A stretch of DNA of 59,101 nucleotides from a bacterium (GCA_021842385.1 JAKCAE010000027.1:1-59101), one strand, 5' to 3'. Positions 7,432-16,768 are shown, numbered from the stretch's first letter. A program made the numbers and translations. The notes: a model not told the origin generated them from the letters alone.

Positions 7432-8706
7432 ATGCCAGAAACACAAAACCTTAAAATCATTGCGCATATAGACATGAATTCATACTTTGCTTCTTGCGAG
7501 CAGCAGGCAAATCCTTTTTTGCGCGGCAAACCAATTGGCATTTGCGAGCACCTTGGCGGAATCATAATCGCGCCGTCAATTGAAGCAAAGAAATTCGGAG
7601 TTAAAACAGCTATGCCTGTTTGGGAAGCAAAAAAACTCTGTCCCCAGATCCAGCTTTTCTATACTGACCCTGACAAATATAGGGAAACAACCAGACGATT
7701 TTTAAATATTTTTTTGAAACACACGGAAAGAATAGAGAAGTACAGCATTGATGAGGCTTTTCTAGATTTAACCGATAATGTAAAGAATTTTAAAAACCCC
7801 TGGGTAGAAGCTAGCGAAATAGCAGGGGATATAAAAAAAGAGATGAAGGTCTATGTCGGGGATTGGATTAAATGCTCAATTGGTATTGGTCCTGACAAAC
7901 TCATTGCTAAAATAGCAAGTGACCTTAAAAAACCGGACGGTCTTACTGTTATTCGCCCTGAAGACAAGAATAGTTTGTACCAAAAACTTTCTTTAACAGA
8001 CATACCAGGAATTGGCAGGCAAACAGAAAAAGCATTAAACATGCTGGGGATAAAAGCTCTGAGTGATTTAAGAGACTATCCGGAATCAAAGCTTGTGGCG
8101 CATTTTGGAATACAGGGTCATCATCTTCATCAAATGGGGCAGCTTCAAGGAAGTTGGCAAGAAGATTTTGCAGAAGAGGCTCAGGAGAATCAGGAATCTC
8201 CCAAATCTATGGGCCACGCATACACGCTACCTAGCGCAAGCACCGACGCTAAGGTTGCCCTACAGGTGCTTTACAAACTTTCTGAAATGGTTGGCAGAAG
8301 GCTTAGAGAGGCAAAGCTTTCCGGAAATATCGTGCATTTCATCCTTACGGATCGTAAAAATGAATATTTTAACAAACAACGAAAGCTTGATAGGTATATA
8401 CAAGATGGCAGAGAAATTTTTCTTGAAGCAGCAAACATATTTGAAAAAAGTGAGCATTACAAAAAGAACTTTAAGTTAATCGGTGTAACAGTTTCTGGGC
8501 TTAAAGAAGAGATTAACCAGCTTTCGTTGTTTGATATTGATCAGACCAAGAGCCGGTTAGTTAAATATTTGGATAGAATTAATGATAAATACGGAGAGTT
8601 TACTATTAGCAGGGTTCCTGCTTGGGAGGCTCGTAATTTAATCCGCGATTCTGTGGGTTTTGGACGAATGAAAGAATTTAAAGTAAAATACAAGACAGGT
8701 AAATAA
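7432..8706 (+). CDS. dinB: DNA polymerase IV (Y-family translesion polymerase)
   Basis: IAHIDMNSYFASCEQ, SIDEAFLD, IGIGPDKLIAKIASD and LTDIPGIGRQTEK motifs. The ATG at 7432 (MPETQNLKIIAHID) is preferred over the upstream track start at 7357. Confidence 0.9.
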   Translation: MPETQNLKIIAHIDMNSYFASCEQQANPFLRGKPIGICEHLGGIIIAPSIEAKKFGVKTAMPVWEAKKLCPQIQLFYTDPDKYRETTRRFLNIFLKHTERIEKYSIDEAFLDLTDNVKNFKNPWVEASEIAGDIKKEMKVYVGDWIKCSIGIGPDKLIAKIASDLKKPDGLTVIRPEDKNSLYQKLSLTDIPGIGRQTEKALNMLGIKALSDLRDYPESKLVAHFGIQGHHLHQMGQLQGSWQEDFAEEAQENQESPKSMGHAYTLPSASTDAKVALQVLYKLSEMVGRRLREAKLSGNIVHFILTDRKNEYFNKQRKLDRYIQDGREIFLEAANIFEKSEHYKKNFKLIGVTVSGLKEEINQLSLFDIDQTKSRLVKYLDRINDKYGEFTISRVPAWEARNLIRDSVGFGRMKEFKVKYKTGK

Positions 8707-8719
8707 TTTAAAGATTCAA

Positions 8720-9259
8720 ATGAAGGTATATTTTGTAAGGCACGGTGAAACCAAGTACAATTTTCTGCATATTCTGATGGGAAGAAGAATGGATGAGGTT
8801 TTGGATAAACACGGCGTAGAACAGGCTAAAGAGATAGCAAAACAGCTAGACCATAACGTTGATATTATTTTCGCTTCTCCTTTGAAAAGGGCTCAGCAAA
8901 CCGCATTCATTATCAGCAATGAGTTAGGTTTATCTGTGCACACCAGAAACGAGCTTGCTGAAAGAGATTTTGGCAAGTTGACCGGAAAAACATGGGCTGA
9001 GGTTGAACAAATTACAGGATCAAGTTTGCAATACATTGAAGAGCATTTAAACGTTGATTTGAAGAAATACAACGTTGAATCGGGAAGCGCTATTAAAATG
9101 CGACTCTTGCACTTCTTGAGTGATTTAAAACACGATTATGCATTAAGGTTTCCTTTGGTTGTCTGTCATTCGGGAATAATTAACCTGATGTATCAGTTGT
9201 TTCCGGAAACTAAGAAGAATAAGACGCAGAATGCTTCTGTTCATGTCTTTGAAATTTAA
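8720..9259 (+). CDS. Histidine phosphatase family protein (phosphoglycerate-mutase-like)
   Basis: N-terminal VYFVRHGETKYN (RHG motif) and SPLKRAQQTA. Confidence 0.8.
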   Translation: MKVYFVRHGETKYNFLHILMGRRMDEVLDKHGVEQAKEIAKQLDHNVDIIFASPLKRAQQTAFIISNELGLSVHTRNELAERDFGKLTGKTWAEVEQITGSSLQYIEEHLNVDLKKYNVESGSAIKMRLLHFLSDLKHDYALRFPLVVCHSGIINLMYQLFPETKKNKTQNASVHVFEI

Positions 9260-9756
9260 TGTCTAAGTCTAGTACAAAAGAATTTTATGTCATCTGCCAA
9301 AACATTCGCAGTCTTTTTAATGTTGGCTCTGTATTTAGAACAGCAGATGCTTTTGGAGTGGACAAAATATATTTAACGGGAATCACAGGAAGACCTCCGA
9401 GAAAAGAAATTTCCAAGGTTGCTTTGGGTGCTGAAAACTATATTCCTTGGGAATACCACAGACAACCAACTAGGCTCATAAAGGGTTTGAAGAAACAGGG
9501 GATTAAAATTGTTGCCTTAGAACAGGTTAAGGGTAAAAGCATTTCCCTTGCAAAATGGAAACCAAAGTTTCCCCTAGCTTTAATTTTAGGCTATGAACCC
9601 AAGGGTTTACCAAAGTCGTTGATTGAATTAGCAGATGAAGTTGTTGAGATTCCAATGTTTGGAGAAAAGGAAAGTTTAAATGTTGGAGTTGCTTTTGGTG
9701 TTGCTGCAAACCACATTGCAGGACATAAGTTTGCTTTAAAGCAAAAAATTCAGTGA
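9259..9756 (+). CDS. SpoU/TrmH-family RNA 2'-O-methyltransferase
   Basis: NVGSVFRTADAFG and LILGYEPKGL...IPMFGEKESLNVGVAFGVA are typical SPOUT motifs. Confidence 0.8.
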   Translation: MSKSSTKEFYVICQNIRSLFNVGSVFRTADAFGVDKIYLTGITGRPPRKEISKVALGAENYIPWEYHRQPTRLIKGLKKQGIKIVALEQVKGKSISLAKWKPKFPLALILGYEPKGLPKSLIELADEVVEIPMFGEKESLNVGVAFGVAANHIAGHKFALKQKIQ

Positions 9757-9812
9757 AATATTTAAAAGGGTTGGGGATAACTAGCTGAAACAAAAATATA
9801 CCTTCTTCGTCT

Positions 9813-9839
9813 AAAACCGTTATATATTGCGGTTTTTTT
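9813..9839 (+). terminator. Weak intrinsic terminator after the methyltransferase gene
   Basis: AAAACCG / CGGTTTT stem with a 10-nt loop, followed by a T-run. Confidence 0.4.
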
Positions 9840-9886
9840 GTTTTTCCAAATTAAAACCACTAGATATTGTGGTTAAAATGCCTGCT

Positions 9887-9915
9887 TTGACCAATGGGAA
9901 TTGGTGGAATATAAT
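9887..9915 (+). promoter_or_regulatory. Near-consensus promoter of the mraZ (dcw) operon
   Basis: TTGACC (9887-9892), a 17-nt spacer, TATAAT (9910-9915). Confidence 0.55.
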
Positions 9916-9924
9916 AGTTTTGTA

Positions 9925-9958
9925 GTGGTAAAAAGTGGATGTAAGTGGGGATAAGTGG
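9925..9958 (+). promoter_or_regulatory. Putative MraZ operator: four GTGG direct repeats phased at exactly 10 bp
   Basis: GTGGtaaaaa GTGGatgtaa GTGGggataa GTGGag, with repeats starting at 9925, 9935, 9945 and 9955. The array begins about 10 nt after the -10 box and lies upstream of mraZ. MraZ is known to bind phased GTGG/TGGGN direct repeats. Confidence 0.6.
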
Positions 9959-10012
9959 AGCCTTATCCACAGACTGCATTCCGCCTCTCTCTATCATCAA
10001 TAATCAGAATAA

Positions 10013-10444
10013 ATGTTCATAGGTGAATACACATTAAGCATTGATGAAAAAGGCAGGCTATCCATACCGGTTAAGTTTAGAAATGACTTAAAAGGTAAGG
10101 CCGTTGTTACCCGCGGCTTAGATAGCTCTCTTTTTTTGTACTCTCAAAATGAATGGCTTAAGTTAGCAGAAAAACTTGCTGCCCTGCCGATCTCCAAAGC
10201 AAACACCCGCGCTTTCTCCCGCTTGATGCTTGCCGGTGCTATGGATTGCGAGATTGATAAAGCGGGGAGAATAAACATCCCGGATTACTTAAGAGAATTT
10301 GCAAAGATTAACAAAAGAGTTGTTCTTGCAGGACTTTACAACCGTATAGAAATCTGGAGCGAACAAGCCTGGAGTAAATACAAGAAAGCAACAGAAAAGG
10401 ATAGCAATGACATAGCAGAACAGCTTGGTGAGATCGGAGTTTAA
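10013..10444 (+). CDS. mraZ: Transcriptional regulator MraZ
   Basis: MFIGEYTLSIDEKGRLSIPVKFR plus a second DKAGRINIP half-domain. It is the first gene of the dcw cluster. Confidence 0.9.
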   Translation: MFIGEYTLSIDEKGRLSIPVKFRNDLKGKAVVTRGLDSSLFLYSQNEWLKLAEKLAALPISKANTRAFSRLMLAGAMDCEIDKAGRINIPDYLREFAKINKRVVLAGLYNRIEIWSEQAWSKYKKATEKDSNDIAEQLGEIGV

Positions 10445-10445
10445 G

Positions 10446-11414
10446 ATGATTAAAAGTTTTCATGTCCCGGTTTTGCTTAAAGAAGTTTTAGAAATATTAG
10501 ATCCGAAACCAGGGCAAACAATCATTGATGGAACACTTGGCGGGGGCGGACATGCGTTGGCTTTAGCAAAGGCAGTTGAACCTAAAGGAATACTACTTGG
10601 TATTGATTTAGATCCAGCTGCTCTTACAGAAGCAACTGAACGGGCAAAAGATGCAGAGATACAAACAAAACTGCACTTTGTCAAAGGAAATTACAGGGAT
10701 ATAAAAAAGATTGTTAATGAGTTTGGTTTAAGTGAAATAAATGCAATTATTATCGACATCGGTATATCAAGTTATGATCTGGAAGGATCTAATCGTGGAT
10801 TTTCTTTCCAGAAACACGAACCTCTAGACATGCGCTTTGATCCTGAAGCAAGACCTGAACACAAAAGCAAAGAACCATTCACAGCAGGCTTCATCTTGAA
10901 CCACTATTCTGAAAAAGAATTAAAAGAAATATTTGAAAAATACAGTGAAGAGAAGTTCAGCTCAAAGATTGCTCGGGGAATAATAGCCCACAGACAAGAG
11001 AAGAGCATAGAAACAACAGAAGATCTTTTTAACATCATTAAACACAGTTTGCCGCAAGCTCTTCGTTTCAAAGCAGGAGACAGCGCCAGAAGAATATTTC
11101 AAGCCTTGAGAATTGAGGTGAACAAAGAGCTTGAAAATTTAGAAAAGTTTTTGCCAGATGCCTTTGAGGTCCTGGCAAAAGGCGGAAAACTGGCAGTGAT
11201 TAGTTTCCATTCTCTAGAAGACAGGATTGTTAAACACTTCTTTTTAGAAAAAGCAAAAGGATGCATTTGTCCCCCTGATTTTCCACAATGCGTCTGCGGC
11301 AAAGAACCACTGGCAAAAATATTAACTAAAAAACCAATCACTGCAAGCTTAGAGGAACAAAAAGAAAATAGCCGAAGTATTCCGGCAAAATTAAGAGTCA
11401 TTCAAAAGATTTAA
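10446..11414 (+). CDS. rsmH: 16S rRNA (cytosine1402-N4)-methyltransferase RsmH
   Basis: HVPVLLKEVLE, DGTLGGGGH, ISFHSLEDRIVK. The ATG at 10446 is preferred over the track start at 10425. Confidence 0.9.
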   Translation: MIKSFHVPVLLKEVLEILDPKPGQTIIDGTLGGGGHALALAKAVEPKGILLGIDLDPAALTEATERAKDAEIQTKLHFVKGNYRDIKKIVNEFGLSEINAIIIDIGISSYDLEGSNRGFSFQKHEPLDMRFDPEARPEHKSKEPFTAGFILNHYSEKELKEIFEKYSEEKFSSKIARGIIAHRQEKSIETTEDLFNIIKHSLPQALRFKAGDSARRIFQALRIEVNKELENLEKFLPDAFEVLAKGGKLAVISFHSLEDRIVKHFFLEKAKGCICPPDFPQCVCGKEPLAKILTKKPITASLEEQKENSRSIPAKLRVIQKI

Positions 11415-11434
11415 ACAAAGGACAACAAAAACAA

Positions 11435-11800
11435 ATGGGAAGATATTTTGCACTATCAATGAATCTGCCGTCTCAACAACGATTAACCAGAGAAAGCAGA
11501 GTCAAGACATCAAAGCACAACGTGTTTTCTAACAACAGCACAGGATTCTTTGTGTTTACAGCCTGCTGTTTAATGCTTTTAGTCTATCTGGTTCAGGTTA
11601 ACAGTTATTCCACGAAAGGCTTTGAGATAAAAAGCTTGGAAAGACAGATCTCCCAGTTGAAAGAAGAACAAAAACAACTACAGATTCAATCAGCAGAATT
11701 ACAGTCCTTCCAGAGAATTCAAGGTGATAACGCGGTTGTAAACATGGTTCCGGTTTCAACAATTTCATACATTCAAACAACAGCGCTTTCTGAAAGATAA
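11435..11800 (+). CDS. FtsL/DivIC-like cell-division protein
   Basis: Position between rsmH and ftsI. It has a single TM segment (GFFVFTACCLMLLVYLVQV) followed by a coiled-coil LERQISQLKEEQKQLQIQSAELQ. Confidence 0.55.
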   Translation: MGRYFALSMNLPSQQRLTRESRVKTSKHNVFSNNSTGFFVFTACCLMLLVYLVQVNSYSTKGFEIKSLERQISQLKEEQKQLQIQSAELQSFQRIQGDNAVVNMVPVSTISYIQTTALSER

Positions 11801-11820
11801 CAGTTAACCTACTTGCATGC

Positions 11821-13545
11821 ATGAACAAAGAACAACAAAAAGAATTTTTTCGTAGAACTGTTTTTTTAAAGTCCATTTTAATCTTGTCTGCAGCCTTAAT
11901 GCTTTTAAGGCTTTTTATTATTTCCGTAGCTCAGCACTCTTACTACATTGCCCAGGCAGAAAGCCAGCACGGTTACTATCAAAAGTTGATTCCTACAAGG
12001 GGCGAAATTTTTGTTTCAGACAAGTATTCTCAAAAACCATACCCTGTAGCAACTAACTCAAAAAAAGATCTGGTGTACGTAGTGCCGCAAGATATTTCAA
12101 AACCCTTGGATACAGCAGAAGCTCTGGGGAGAATAACTGGTTTGGATTCCAAAGAGCTGCTAGTTAAGCTTTCTGATCAAAACAGAAAATACGTTGTCAT
12201 TAAAAAAAATCTTTCTGAAGAAGAATCAAAAGCAATTTCAGAAGCAAAATTTTCAGGGGTATTTTTAGATCAGGAAAATACGCGATACTATCCAGAAGGG
12301 CAATTCTTAAGCCAGGTCCTCGGCTTTATTGGTTACAAGGACAATGCTGATGAAAAAACTGGACTATATGGTCTAGAAAAATATATGCAAAAAGAACTTG
12401 CAGGAATTCCTGGTGAGATTTCTGCTGATGTTAGCGTTAACGGTGCCGCAATCCCCGGAACCCAAAGGCAATTTAGTCCTGCAGTAGATGGCACCTCTTT
12501 AAGTTTAACCATAGATCGAGCTATTCAATTTAAAGCTGAAAGCGTTATTAAAGAAACAGTACAAAAGCACGGTGCTGATTCAGGGACAATAATTGTTGCA
12601 GATCCGAAAACCGGAGCAATTCTTGCCATGGCTAATTTCCCAAGTTTTGATCCTAATGAATACAGCAAAGCACAAAGTCCCGCTGTGTACATTAATGATG
12701 CAACCACGGAAAACTATGAACCCGGTTCAACTATGAAAAGCATTACCATGGCTACAGGAATTGACCTTGGTTTAGTTAATCCCTCAACAACGTATAATGA
12801 CACTGGAGTTGTTGAAGTAGACGGTTACAAGATTAAGAATTCTGATGGTAAAGCACATGGTATTGTTCCCATGACTCAGGTCATTGACGAGTCTTTGAAT
12901 ACTGGAGCAATTTTTGTGCAAAAACAGATAGGCAATGAACGTTTCTACCAGTCCTTAAAAAACTTTGGTTTTGGTACAGCGACAAACATTGAACTTCCCG
13001 AAGCAATAGGGAATTTGAACAACTTAAAAACAAACATCACTGTCAACTTCTATACTGCAGCCTTTGGCCAGGGTATTTCAGTAACGCCTTTGCAGATGCT
13101 TCAGTCATACATTCCGCTTGCAAACAAAGGCAAGCTCATGCAGCCATATATAATTGACTCTAAGATTTTGCCTGACGGAACAATCGTTAAAACAGAACCC
13201 AAGATGCTTCGTGAAGTTATCTCTGAAAAAACATCAACCTTAATTTCGGGGATGTTAGTTGATAATGTTGAGAACGGACACGGTAAACAAGCTGGAGTCA
13301 AAGGATACTACATTGGCGGAAAAACAGGAACAGCCCAGGTTGCTTCAGGCGGAGTTTATGTGCAAAATGATAATATCGGGTCATTTGTCGGCTATGGACC
13401 AATAGAAGACTCTAGATTTGTCATGATAGTTGATGTAAAGCATCCAAGAGATGTTAAATTCGCAGAAAGCACGGCAGCCCCTGCTTTTGGCAAAATGGCT
13501 GAGTTCATTTTAGGGTATTACGATATTCCGCCAACTAGGAAATAG
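11821..13545 (+). CDS. ftsI: Penicillin-binding protein 2B/FtsI-type transpeptidase
   Basis: N-terminal TM segment, then active-site motifs GSTMKS (SxxK), a candidate SxN motif SLN in the expected region, and GGKTGTAQ (KTG). Sits in dcw context. Confidence 0.85.
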   Translation: MNKEQQKEFFRRTVFLKSILILSAALMLLRLFIISVAQHSYYIAQAESQHGYYQKLIPTRGEIFVSDKYSQKPYPVATNSKKDLVYVVPQDISKPLDTAEALGRITGLDSKELLVKLSDQNRKYVVIKKNLSEEESKAISEAKFSGVFLDQENTRYYPEGQFLSQVLGFIGYKDNADEKTGLYGLEKYMQKELAGIPGEISADVSVNGAAIPGTQRQFSPAVDGTSLSLTIDRAIQFKAESVIKETVQKHGADSGTIIVADPKTGAILAMANFPSFDPNEYSKAQSPAVYINDATTENYEPGSTMKSITMATGIDLGLVNPSTTYNDTGVVEVDGYKIKNSDGKAHGIVPMTQVIDESLNTGAIFVQKQIGNERFYQSLKNFGFGTATNIELPEAIGNLNNLKTNITVNFYTAAFGQGISVTPLQMLQSYIPLANKGKLMQPYIIDSKILPDGTIVKTEPKMLREVISEKTSTLISGMLVDNVENGHGKQAGVKGYYIGGKTGTAQVASGGVYVQNDNIGSFVGYGPIEDSRFVMIVDVKHPRDVKFAESTAAPAFGKMAEFILGYYDIPPTRK

Positions 13546-13547
13546 CT

Positions 13548-14810
13548 ATGAAAAAAATCTTTCAAAAAATTCTCCTGCGTTGTTCCCGCAAGATTTTGCA
13601 TAAATACAAACCGGAAATAATTGCAGTCTCAGGAAGCATTGGTAAGACTTCTGCAAAAGAAGCCATCTATTCTGTTTTGCGCGCTAAGTATCCCAAAGCA
13701 GGAACCATTAGAAAAAATGACAAGAACTACAACAATGAGTTTGGTTTGTCTTTTACCATAATCGGAGTTAATGCGCCTAAAAGAAATCCTTTTAAATGGA
13801 TCTTTGTTTTCTTAAAAGCTTTCATCATTTCAAGATTTTTTTCCCATTACCCTAAAGTTTTAATCTTGGAATTGGGAGTTGATAAACCGGGAGACATGGA
13901 TGTATTAACAGATGTTGTTAAGCCACACATTGCTGTTTTAACAACTATTGGTATTTCACACCTTCAGAACTTTAAAAACGAAACAGAGATTTTTGAAGAA
14001 AAGAGAAAGATTTTTAAAAACCTTGGTCCTAATGATTACGCCATCATAAACCAGGACGATACTAGATTAAGAAGCGCAGGCTCTCTGCTTAAGGCAAAAG
14101 TTTTGAGTTATGGTTTTGACAGCTCTGCAGATGTTTGGATTGATGGATACACAGCTATCTATGAAAAAGGTTCGGTCTTTGGAAGCGTATTTACACTAAA
14201 TTACAGAGGGGAAAAAGAAGAGGTTTTCCTTTCAAGCATAATCGGAGCTCAGCATGTTTCTGCAGTAGCAGCAGCTGCTGCAGTAGGTATAGCTTCAGGC
14301 ATGGATCTTTCTGAAATATCCGCAGCTTTAAGCTATTACAAAGCAGAGCCCGGAAGAATGAAGATTTTGGCAGGTGAATATGGTTCTGTCATTTTGGATG
14401 ATACATACAATGCAGCGCCTCTTTCCACACACGCTGCTTTGAAAGAGCTTTTTAGATTTCCGGCAGCGCATAGAATAGCGGTGCTTGGAGATATGCTTGA
14501 GCTTGGAGCTGAATCAGAAGCAGCGCATATAGCTGTTGGCAATGAACTTGCCAAGCTTGAGTTAGATTCCGTGATTTTTGTTGGTCCGCAAATGCGTTTA
14601 GCTTATGAACAGTTAAGAAAGATTGGTTTTCAAAGTGAAAGCATTCAGTGGTTCAAAAGCTCTGTTTTAGCAATTCCTGCGGTTAGAAGACTGCTTGCAG
14701 GAAACACAGCGGTCTTAATTAAAGGATCTAGGGGTATGCAGATGGAAAGAATTGTCAGGGCAGTGATGCGGGATAAAGAGCAGGCAGATGGTCTTTTAGT
14801 CCAGCATTGA
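13548..14810 (+). CDS. murF: UDP-MurNAc-tripeptide--D-Ala-D-Ala ligase
   Basis: Mur ligase P-loop VSGSIGKTSAKE, LELGVDKPGDM, DDTYNAAP and IKGSRGMQME. Ends with TGA. Confidence 0.8.
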   Translation: MKKIFQKILLRCSRKILHKYKPEIIAVSGSIGKTSAKEAIYSVLRAKYPKAGTIRKNDKNYNNEFGLSFTIIGVNAPKRNPFKWIFVFLKAFIISRFFSHYPKVLILELGVDKPGDMDVLTDVVKPHIAVLTTIGISHLQNFKNETEIFEEKRKIFKNLGPNDYAIINQDDTRLRSAGSLLKAKVLSYGFDSSADVWIDGYTAIYEKGSVFGSVFTLNYRGEKEEVFLSSIIGAQHVSAVAAAAAVGIASGMDLSEISAALSYYKAEPGRMKILAGEYGSVILDDTYNAAPLSTHAALKELFRFPAAHRIAVLGDMLELGAESEAAHIAVGNELAKLELDSVIFVGPQMRLAYEQLRKIGFQSESIQWFKSSVLAIPAVRRLLAGNTAVLIKGSRGMQMERIVRAVMRDKEQADGLLVQH

Positions 14811-14857
14811 TTAAGAGCGCCAAAATTGTTAGTATTATCGGGCTAAACATAAATTAT

Positions 14858-14932
14858 GGCGCTATCGTCTAGTGGCTAGGACGGCTGGTTCTCATCCAGT
14901 AAACCGGGGTTCGATTCCCCGTAGCGCTACCA
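14858..14932 (+). tRNA. tRNA-Glu (anticodon CTC), CCA encoded
   Basis: I folded it by hand. Acceptor GGCGCTA/TAGCGCT; anticodon stem GCTGG/CCAGT with loop TTCTCAT (CTC); T-arm CGGGG-TTCGATT-CCCCG; then A-CCA. The GTCTAGTGGCTAGGAC D-arm is typical of tRNA-Glu. Confidence 0.9.
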
Positions 14933-14935
14933 ACT

Positions 14936-15442
14936 ATGACCTTACAAACAACCCCCTTTGGTTCTCTTGATTCCTTCAATGTCATTTTAGAGATTCCCAA
15001 AGACAGTCCGTTAAAATATGAATATGATTCTGAAAAAGATGCCATTGTTGAAGACTTTGTCTTTAAGGATGGTTTTGTTTTTAAATACAACTATGGTTTT
15101 GTTCCCCAAACAATCTGCGGAGACAATGATCCCCAAGATGTCATGATTCTAAACAGCAAAGCTTTGGAACAGGGGAAAGTATATCAATGCCGTGCTGTTG
15201 GCATAATCGAGTTGCTTGATCGCGGAGAAGAAGATAACAAGTTGATCGCTGTTTTAACAGATGACCCTGAAACCAAAGATTTAGAGATGAAAGATTTAAC
15301 AGAAAAAGACCTTCAAGACTTTCGTGATTTTTACGCGGAGATTGGCAGACAAAAAAACAAAACCATGGAGATCCTTGGTTTTCATGGGAAAGAACGTGCT
15401 CTTGCTGAGCTACAAAAAGCCCATCAAGCTTTTAGTGCTTAA
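14936..15442 (+). CDS. ppa: Inorganic pyrophosphatase (family I)
   Basis: LEIPKDSPLKYEYD and YNYGFVPQTICGDNDPQDVMIL motifs. The length and N-terminus match family I PPases. Confidence 0.9.
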   Translation: MTLQTTPFGSLDSFNVILEIPKDSPLKYEYDSEKDAIVEDFVFKDGFVFKYNYGFVPQTICGDNDPQDVMILNSKALEQGKVYQCRAVGIIELLDRGEEDNKLIAVLTDDPETKDLEMKDLTEKDLQDFRDFYAEIGRQKNKTMEILGFHGKERALAELQKAHQAFSA

Positions 15443-15460
15443 TTAGGATATAATAAGGGT

Positions 15461-16768
15461 ATGGAGATAATTGCTTTACCTATCTGGGTCATATTCTTTT
15501 TAGTATTCGGTATCTTAGCCTTAGTGACAACACTGACGGCTTTGTTTTTTCCCATTGGTTTAAGACCTAAAAAACACACAAACAGTGAAGTGCCAGCTGT
15601 TGATTCAGATGACTTTTTACAAGCAATTGCAGGTGTTGCTAATGCTCCTGTTCAAAGCGGAGGGCAAGCCAAACTATTAAACAACGGGGAACAGTTTTTT
15701 CCTGAAATCTTGGATGCTCTAAATAAAGCACAAAAGACAATCAACTTCATGACCTACATTTGGACTAAGGGGAAGATGAGTGATCTTGTTTTTGATGCTT
15801 TAATTCAAGCACTAGAACGCAAGGTGGAGGTAAGAATAATGCTGGATGGCTTTGGCGGAACAGGTGTTGATGAAGAGAAGTTAGAAAGATTTACACATGC
15901 TGGCGGAAAGGTTTGTTGGTTTAGACCAGCTCGCTTAGGAAAGTTAACCCGCTTTTACAAAAGAAACCACAGAAGAGCAATAGTCATAGATGGTTCCATA
16001 GGTTTCATAGGCGGAGCTGCCATAGAGGATAAGTGGCTGGGTAATGCAGAAAGTCCGGAACACTGGCGCGATTCAATGGTTAAAGTAACTGGTTCAATGG
16101 CAGAAAACTTGCAGTCTGCTTTTGTTCAGGTTTGGACTGATACAGCAGGAGAGTTTTTAGTTGGTCATAAGTTTTACCCGCACCAGGGCAGACACCAGGG
16201 AACAGATGAAGCCACAGCCTCAAAACATGTCTCTATAATAAGCTCGCCATCTTCTGAGTTTCACCCTATAAGCAATGTTTTTTGGCTTTCCATAAAAGCA
16301 GGCAGAGAAAAGATATATTTAACATATTCATATTTTGTTCCTGACAAAACCTTAAGAAATATTCTTAAAGAAAAAGCAAAAGAAGGTATAGATGTCAGGA
16401 TTCTTCTTCCCAATGATTACATTGACGGTAACACCATTCGTTGGGCGAGTCATCGCTACTTTGAAGAGCTTTTGCAAGCAGGTGTTAAGATTTATGAATA
16501 CCAGCCAACAATGATTCATTCGAAAACCATTGTCATTGACGGTAAGTTTTCAATAGTTGGTTCTGCAAACTTTGACATTCGTTCAACAGAGTTAAACAAG
16601 GAAAACATTCTTTGCATAGCAGAAAAAGATTTTGCACAAGATTTAGAAAAAACATTTTTTGAAGATTTAAAACATGCCAAACAGATGAGACTTGGCGCAT
16701 GGAAAAAACGCTCTTTCCTAAGACGTTTAAGAGAACGTTTTGCTTCGTTGTTTGAAGAACAATATTAA
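15461..16768 (+). CDS. cls: Cardiolipin synthase / phospholipase D family
   Basis: N-terminal TM segment and two HKD-type motifs. The first is NHRRAIVIDG, with Arg where Lys is usual. The second is the canonical IHSKTIVIDGKFSIVGSANFD. Confidence 0.8.
   Translation: MEIIALPIWVIFFLVFGILALVTTLTALFFPIGLRPKKHTNSEVPAVDSDDFLQAIAGVANAPVQSGGQAKLLNNGEQFFPEILDALNKAQKTINFMTYIWTKGKMSDLVFDALIQALERKVEVRIMLDGFGGTGVDEEKLERFTHAGGKVCWFRPARLGKLTRFYKRNHRRAIVIDGSIGFIGGAAIEDKWLGNAESPEHWRDSMVKVTGSMAENLQSAFVQVWTDTAGEFLVGHKFYPHQGRHQGTDEATASKHVSIISSPSSEFHPISNVFWLSIKAGREKIYLTYSYFVPDKTLRNILKEKAKEGIDVRILLPNDYIDGNTIRWASHRYFEELLQAGVKIYEYQPTMIHSKTIVIDGKFSIVGSANFDIRSTELNKENILCIAEKDFAQDLEKTFFEDLKHAKQMRLGAWKKRSFLRRLRERFASLFEEQY

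Noticed and set aside
9963-9971. The perfect DnaA box TTATCCACA, considered as evidence for oriC
   Set aside because: One perfect box in 59 kb is not far from chance. There is no dnaA/dnaN context, no box cluster beyond the adjacent 8/9 match, and no obvious AT-rich unwinding element. The 10-bp-phased GTGG array at mraZ explains the region better. It is kept only as a side note in the mraZ finding.
14808-14810. Alternative genetic code (UGA recoding as in Gracilibacteria/Absconditabacteria), or general stop-codon reassignment to explain the in-frame TAA at 56430
   Set aside because: TGA terminates conserved genes at their expected lengths (murF here, maf at 20515-20517). TAA and TAG likewise end most conserved genes. 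The standard code fits the whole window.
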